DNA of 61,396 bases, the filler included, from Platydemus manokwari (taxonomy: Eukaryota): assembly GCA_037951405.1 (NCBI GenBank). It is 6 parts of 6 records of this genome, joined end to end, with 100 filler letters (N's around TTAATTAATTAA, not from the genome) between each part and the next. Parts side by side here need not be neighbours in the genome. Positions count along the whole stretch, not along the records: positions 50,688 to 61,396 come from JBBMOY011111219.1; 5 more parts are not named here. The stretch is one strand, 5' to 3'. The notes under the pieces are model-generated. The model had not been told where the DNA came from. It did not search any database and saw only the letters and a list, made by a program, of their open reading frames with translations. This document shows positions 53,965-61,396 of the stretch, piece by piece (position 1 is the first letter of the stretch; each line of letters starts with the position of its first letter). Both the position numbers and the translations under genes were made by a program.

Positions 53965-56900
53965 TCAAACATCAACTGTCGCATTCATATTGATTAAATA
54001 TTAAAAATAATAATAAAATGAAATAAAAATAATTTAATACCAATTTCTATTGGAGAAACAAGATCGTCATTGGGTAGAATTTTATTTGAATTTTGTTTGA
54101 ATTTCGAAAACTTGGAATGAGGTAAATCATCACCATTCTGAATACGTCGATGATGTCGCTCTAAAACTAAATTGATATCAGGAACTGCTTGAGTTTGATC
54201 AGCACATTTGGATTCGGTATCAGATTTTTCCAATTCGTTCTTGATCAGCTGAAATCCACAAACAAAAATCATCGGATGTGCCTTGAATGAAATTATAAAC
54301 AAACATAATTCAATTTGGATGCTTTAGATAGTTCTAGCAATGTGGTTTTGTGATTGTTTATATCAGAAAACGACACGGACCTGGCTCTTGGTGTGTCAAT
54401 GTCGTCACAAGATGTAGCCAAATCTGATTGACTTAAAGATCTTCTCAATCGAGTCATCGATGATGCTTCTGAATCTGGTCGAATACTGGAATTGGTAGAT
54501 TCTGGAATGGTAAATGAATTTTGACTATGAAGGGGATCAAAATCGAAAATAGTGCGTTGTGCTTTGTTGATGTCAATACTGAGGGGTTTCGAGTTGGAAG
54601 TGGAATTACTATCACTTGTGGAACTAATTAGACGATTTTGTCTGATAAGTGTTGGACGCTGCTGGACATTGTTTGTCGTTGAACGTGTTAAAAACAAATG
54701 ATTAACCATCGAGTTCTAAATAATAAAAACATATATTATTAAACTTAAATATAATAATATAGGATTGGAACGAAAGTCTTGTCGGATAGAAAATAATATT
54801 TATTTAACCAATAAAGACAATATGTAAATTGGAAATATAAACAAAACGCCATTCGTCAGTAAATCTAAAAAATTTCAAAAGTTCCGTTTTCTTCACGATA
54901 GCGCTCGACCGCATACGGTTCGTATAACTCAAAATAAGATTGCTGAGATCGGTTTTACGGTATTTCCGCATCCACCATACTCCCCAAACTTGCCCCTTTA
55001 AACTATTACCTGTTTTCTACTATAAAAAATTCACTTCGGGGAAGAAAGTCTCACTCCGCTGAAGAGGTTAACAATGTTTTGGAAAAGTGGTTCACTTCAA
55101 AATCTGCGGAATTCTATGAAAACGGCATAAAACAACTCTCAGAACGCTGGTAAAAGTGTGTGGACCGTAAAGGTGACTATTTTCAACATTTCAGATTTAC
55201 AGATGAATGATGTTTCGTTAATAGTTCTCAATTTACATATTTTCGCTCCAATCCTATATTATTAGCCAATTAAAATGTACTAAAATTTTAGAATATTATA
55301 AATTTGAAGAGAAATTATAAGACCTAAAGATGGGCAAAAAGAGTAATAATTCTGTAAAAGTGCAATTTATATCACATTACAGTGGATTTATTGCGCTTTT
55401 ATGATAATTTATTGTGCTGGGTGTTAAAAAAAGGTTAAAAACTGATAAGCTAATTATATTAATGTAAAAAAAACTAGATAAAAATCCACACAGAGACCTT
55501 ACACAATGAAAAAATCTAAAAACATGTACTGCTTTAGGTTTTGAAGAGTAAAAATTCCGTTTCTGTGATATAAATCAATAAATAATTTATTATATCGTGC
55601 TTAAAGGAAATTTATTGTACGAAATTAAAATTCATTAATAACAGATGCCCACAGTAAGCAATAAGAAAGACGAAAAGGCGACATAAGAGCAAATGATTAG
55701 AAGATGGATACATGGTCAATAAGGAAATCTCCACAACTCTTCAATTTTATAAATAGACATTAATATTGACTTCATAATGAAAATATACATCGAGACTGAT
55801 ACACGAGTTCTATATCATGATTAGTATAATAAAAAAGGCTTTGTGAAAATTTTATTTTCAATCTTTATTCATTCTACAACAAAATCCATGAAAAAAACAT
55901 ATGTTAGAATACAAGATGAAGAAAAAGAGTACATCATTACCCAATAGATATAAGATCAGGGAAATTCACACGCTTGTCTAAGAATCTTATTTGGTCATAT
56001 AATGATAAGATAGATTAATATTTTACCAATAAAATACATAATACATAAACCATATGATGGGCAACATAATCTAGTTGTAAGTGTAAAACCAATTAAAATC
56101 TACTTCAAAATGTTGAAACTAAAATGACAGTTATCAAATGGTCTGTTGGTTAGAGTCGTTTCCATTAATGATGTGTAGGATGCAAGTAGAAAAAATTTCT
56201 GAATCACCTTTGATTAAAACGAGTTATTCGTATCAAATATTTGAGAATCTTAAATGTTTCATAGTCAGAACTCCAAAGAAAATATTCAAACGACTTATTT
56301 TTATTAATCAGAGAGATTAAGAAATAAAATAAAAGATTAGAATATAACAAATGTATATTTTCATGTATTTGAGATAAGAAAAAGATGGAAGCATATATCG
56401 TCGCAACAGTTATGCAAATATCAACATACCTGAAGAGATGGATAGGTCGAATTGACAATAATATGAGAAGTCTTTCCATCTGAAGTTTTCCTATTACTGT
56501 TTAATTTGGAATGTCGCGTTGGAGTTACGACTTGGGAATTAGACGGTATTTTTTCAGGACTGATATTATTCATAAGGAGGCTCGTTTTCTTTTGTTTATC
56601 TTTGATTTTATTATACTGGCTTTCAAGAGTTGTTAGATTTGTGCACATTCGCTCTTGAGTGGCACCAGGACTGGTAATATGATGTATAGAAGGGCTTATT
56701 GACACCGCTCCTGGACCAACCTAAGGTGACAAAAAATGATGAAGAATATTTCCCATATTGATTGGAAAAAATATTTAAAATTCAAATGTAATGAAATATC
56801 TCAATTGAAAAAATTATGCCAATCCATCATCATTGTTCAAGTAATTCGGACAGACAAAATAAACAACCAATTAAACGGTCATTCCTTTTATTTTAGAAGG

Positions 56901-59900
56901 TAAATGTCAATCCAACACAATGCATATTGTGTGTCAGTAAAAAGAATAAAAGAACAAACAATTAGGTTCAAATTATTTTAATGATTTAAATTATTATTAC
57001 AATGGAGACAATCACTATGACTGACAGATTAATGGTTCCTTTAACATATTATTGACAATAATCTTTATCATAAACATGAATATAGATTGACAATACGAAT
57101 CAAAACTTTCAATAAAATTTTACATCCTTAAACTATATCTATTGTGAGAGGAAACATCGATTGATTCCACTTGCACATTTCTGAATATAGGTTGTTTTCG
57201 AGTTGCAAAAACCAATGGCAAATCGAAAATTTCAAAATAACTTGATTTGTATCCCAAGGCAATATGTCTGCTTGATAAACATTACAGTTTCCAACTGTCT
57301 GTGTTTCGAAAATTTTACAGTTCAAGAAGTCAGAAAAAGAGCTCAACTTGTAGTTGGAAAAATAAAAATTTTTATAGAATCATTTAATAATCAAAATTAT
57401 CGATTACCATAAACGCTTTAATTCTGCAATTTTTTAATAGTTCATGTTAAATGCCACTTAAATAGAATGGATTTTTGTCAAATCAGGAGCTTAGACGAGA
57501 TATAAAATAACTTGTAGATGCTTCAATTGAAATCGGTTCTATTAATGAAATCGAATGTTCAGCTTATAACATATATTACATAAGTTAAATCAATAGTCAA
57601 TATTATTACCAACTATAAATTGATCAACTATCAAGTGATCATGAAAATCAATATATTGATTATTATTATAAGCCGCTACTATTTTAAAAACCACACATTA
57701 AAAACGAATTGAAGAATCACGACACCAGATCATCCATTTTATATAAAATTAGATTTTAAAAAATTTAATTTATTTAAAAATTCTCACATTCCTCTTTCTT
57801 CATAATCTTTGGCTTCCTTTGTATTCTTAATTGAAATTGTAACGAATACTCTACATATTTATCCACATAAAAATTTATAATTCTTCTATCTTCTCTAAAT
57901 CTTCTTTATATGTATTCTTTATATAGTCTCAGCATCTTCCTACTTCTTTTCCATAATTTTCCGTCGCTGATTTTCTCAGAAATTTTTGATTGATATTAAA
58001 ATATAATGATAATCGATAAATCAATAAATCAAATGCTATATTTTGTAATTAGAAGTCAAATTCGGAATTATAAAATTATAACCAACTCCGCTGAAGTTCT
58101 ATTTTCAAATCAATCTCTCGATTTTGTAAATTCTTTTAATCACAAAATCCTTCAAATACACTCTTATCGCGAAGTTCTTACATCAGAGCCATGTTGCCAT
58201 CAAGTTATTTAATAAAAACAGCAAGTGGATTGGCATCCTTTAAAAAATTTTGTTCCATCCAATACCAAAAATCGAAATTTTCGAAACTAGAGTTGAAATA
58301 TCACAAATTATATAATTATCTTATTGAAATCTCATCTAAAATCATCCTGCCTCGGTTGTCATGGCATTCATAGAAGCTAAAATCTTATCTCTACCAAGCG
58401 TAAATAAAATTAACTTCATCTGATTACAAAGAAAACCCTCAACACCGAAATTCTATTTAATTTGAATTATCATCTTTCTAATAAAAATCGATAACGATAT
58501 CCTAAATGGATCAACCTTATTCGTCTATAACATCGATGAGCACCTATAGAATTTTTTGTTTTGAAATAATTTGGAGATAAGGCTATAACATTCTGAGACT
58601 AATGTGTCTCACATTGGCTATCGATGTGCGTGTGAACGTATTTTAACAAATCAGTTCAGTACATGTATTGATTGCATTCATAACTTTTTCTTTTTGATTT
58701 TCTTGATGAATGAAATTATATAATTGAATTGACATAATTCTTACTTACAGGCTATGCTCAAGTAAACGAGTTGAAACTTTATCAAATAAAAGTTACAAAA
58801 AATAAGTAAAAATAAAATCTAAAAATAATCTATTCCTTTATTTCAAATGATGGATTAAAATGGCGTACAGATATCCTAAACCAATTATTTCATTTTACAA
58901 TTTCATTTACCTGACTAATATCCACTGATGATAACGATAAGGGCATTGGGCTTTCTTTAGATTTACTATTCGAAACATGATTAGAGGGCATCATTCCGCC
59001 GAAACAACCAATTGAGCTTTTACTGACATTTTTAGATTTATAATCTTCATCTTCATCGGCCTCATCCTCACCAGTGTCATTACCTGATATAACAGCAAAT
59101 AAAATAGATAGTTCAATAGCTCTATTTCATGGATTGTACTCAGAATATGTTATGAAATCTTATTGGACAATTTAAAACATTGAACAAGATAAATGGAGAA
59201 ACCAAAGAACTTATTTATCAAGTATTTATTAAATAGGAACAAATTATTAAATTAATAATAAAAATAAAAATGAAAAGTTAAGAAAAGGGGTCTTTTGACC
59301 TACTTTGGTTAGAATGAATTTACGCGCATGAGATAAATTTATAATTCATTATCATATATGATTGCGATGTTTGATTTATTCGTATAATTCAATTAAAATC
59401 TCATTTTTTAAGATGTCTAACAGAGGCAAAACATAGTTCAAAAACCAAGTTCTTATTCTAACCGCAACGCTTCTATATTATTATTTGAGTTTTTAAATTT
59501 AAATTTTTTAAATTATAAATCGAGTTAGTTAATTACAGATGTGTTTAATAATATCATTGGTTATTTTTATAAAATAATTGTAAACATTGAGAATATCTCT
59601 CAATTTGCATCTAATGTTAAAAAGAGAAGCTCGATAATTTTCAATAAATTGCAATTCAACCTACTTTGATCGCTTTTTCAAATAATCAATCTTAGGAGGT
59701 TTTGAAGCTCTAGTATATTTAATCTTTGATTTCAAACAACTAAAATTCTTCTTAAGTACTTCAATAAAAAATTCAAAATGTTTTTAAAGAATATAATTAA
59801 ATAAACTATATAGATTTTAGCAATACACTCAACAAATTTAAATTTTCATTTTAACTTTAATTAAACTCTTTTTTAACTTTAGCCAACAAATCTAATCACG

Positions 59901-61136
59901 ACCACCATATAAGAATTAATAATAAGCCAATTGTAATCCAGTCGGAAAATTAAAACAAAACCCAAAAACCTAAATCGATAATAATCATATTTAATTTACA
60001 ATTATAAAAATTATCGAACTGAATATGTTTCCTGGTCTCTCTCTCTCAATGGAAAAGTTTCACATTGTTAATCAAGTGATATTTACATTTGATAATTGTG
60101 AAAAATACTTATTTCAGACAATTGGTGATTTCTGGTAACATGAATAATGTCAACTATAAATAATATATAATTATATAATCATTTTCTCCAAATGATATCT
60201 GATTTTATTTTATGTAGCATTTTCAAAGTTTAGTGAATTTTATTTCTGAACAAAAAAGCGATTAATAGATACGAATTGGAAAATTTAGTCTTCATTGAGA
60301 TTGTCGACAAATTTATTGATTTATTGAAATAACAAAGATTAGGTAAAACAATTTTAATTATCGAAATGAATGAAATCAAGTCGAAGCTGTGCAATTAATA
60401 AAACAGCAAACCAATGAAACAGCAGATGGAATTTAATTAAAACCACACACTAAGAAATTAAAATACTGGATATTGGAAACAGAAATGGAATTGTTCAACA
60501 ATCAAAACAGCAATCATTCAATTGATTCGGTCTCTGGTAGAAAAACGCAGGAGGAGAAATAAGCAACTGAATAAATAACCGATAGCTACACAATGAGATA
60601 AATATAAAAATCAACATTGATCGACAGCTTTATATTGATTCAACGAATCAAACTGTGGTCAGAATATAATTATCATCATATTAATAATTATAAATATTAT
60701 TATAAACACCAGCTAGCTATCTGATGATCTACGCATTATTAATATCTCATAAATTAATAATTATTCAATATCAAGATGATCTGAATGCTCCAATAAAATT
60801 GCCGTAACTAATGACAATATTGATTGGAATTACCTTTAGGGAATCTTCTTCATTTCGTTCCATAACTTCCAATATAATTGCTGCAAGGACATTGAATCCT
60901 TGACAATAACCAACACGTTTATTCCATCTTGCATATGCAAGTAGAACCCGTTTCAAAATTGCTCTTTCTGATTCAGTAGCGAATGTATCGCATCCCGTTC
61001 GATGAAGATCTTTCACAATTTGTAAGCCAAGGGAATCATCGTCTGGGTTCGACTTTTCATTGAATGCAAATTTTATTACTCGATTCCAATCGTATTTTTG
61101 AACAGTTATATGATTGTTGGCCAAAGATAACCATAC
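53965..61136 (-). CDS. TBC1D30: TBC1 domain family member 30 (Rab-GAP), partial. Exons 61136-60834, 59083-58911, 56720-56430, 54715-54305, 54248-54041 and a tentative last exon 53975-53965; 5' exons lie in or beyond the terminal gap
   Basis: VWLSLA..FNEKSNPDDDSLGLQIVKDLHRTGC..LKRVLLAYARWNKRVGYCQGFNVLAAIILEVME is TBC1D30-type. Downstream exons carry the matching acidic patch/IGCFGG, GPGA, ERMCTNLTTLESQYNKIKDKQ and VNHLFL elements. Boundaries are GT-AG. Confidence 0.85.
54752..55264 (+). mobile_element. Internally deleted mariner element in a TBC1D30 intron
   Basis: Inverted ends taataatataggattgga(a/g)cgaaa with terminal TA. Transposase C-terminus FLHDSARPH..FPHPPYSPNL(fs)PLNYYLF..FYENGIKQLSERW*KCVDRKGDYF carries a frameshift and a stop. 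Confidence 0.92.
57668..57780 (-). repeat. Dispersed repeat family B copy
   Basis: The reverse complement contains tggtgtcgtga..ttttaatgtgtggtttttaaaatagtagcggctt. Confidence 0.7.
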
Positions 61137-61182
61137 CTAGTAATAATTTGCTTGTTATTATCAAACCTATGATAATAATAAA

Positions 61183-61376
61183 NNNNNNNNNNNNNNNNNN
61201 NNNNNNNNNNNNNNNNNNNNNNNNNNNNNNNNNNNNNNNNNNNNNNNNNNNNNNNNNNNNNNNNNNNNNNNNNNNNNNNNNNNNNNNNNNNNNNNNNNNN
61301 NNNNNNNNNNNNNNNNNNNNNNNNNNNNNNNNNNNNNNNNNNNNNNNNNNNNNNNNNNNNNNNNNNNNNNNNNNNN
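61183..61376. other. Assembly gap (plain N run)
   Basis: 194 N with no linker. Confidence 0.95.
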
Positions 61377-61396
61377 TAAAAATCCTGAGTCCACTT

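Noticed and set aside
57128-57412. Overlapping ORFs, one containing CHWFLQL, as a candidate displaced TBC1D30 exon
   Set aside because: Similarity is limited to WFL; the flanking YEPPLTNVF and IWD motifs are absent.
1-61396. Remaining 60-110 aa ORFs in the track; tRNA, rRNA, spliced-leader RNA, hammerhead ribozyme and CRISPR candidates
   Set aside because: The short ORFs are I/F/L/N/K-rich as expected by chance in AT-rich DNA, or are shadows of real exons. No convincing structured-RNA or repeat-spacer pattern was seen by eye; an Infernal/tRNAscan run would be needed to exclude them formally.

Overview
Eukaryotic, very AT-rich animal genomic DNA. TBC1D30 and secretin-type GPCRs indicate a metazoan. 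The ~45-nt introns and AAT microsatellites would fit a flatworm-like invertebrate, but that is only inference. The window is a scaffold of contigs joined by five artificial 100-bp spacers (44N-TTAATTAATTAA-44N) plus one plain N gap. Two spliced genes can be reconstructed completely: NDUFAF7 (+, 8 exons, 394 aa) and, convergent with it, ALKBH1 (-, 5 exons, 322 aa). Two are partial: an RMDN-family gene (-, 3 exons found) and TBC1D30 (-, 5-6 exons found). There is a cluster of intronless secretin/adhesion/Methuselah-like 7TM receptor copies (one long ORF, one partial, at least two pseudogenes). Transposon relics are abundant: an internally deleted mariner, a SPIN/Buster-type hAT, a 71-bp TTAA-flanked MITE and decayed LINE fragments. 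The most interesting object is a stand-alone 79-aa ubiquitin-fold protein, about 41% identical to ubiquitin. It keeps R72 and a cleavable-looking GG-SNV end but lacks K48, K63 and the I44 patch, so it is a candidate lineage-specific ubiquitin-like modifier. Also notable: about 190 conserved residues of TBC1D30 cannot be found between two of its exons on an ungapped contig. All calls were made by eye; no database searches were run.
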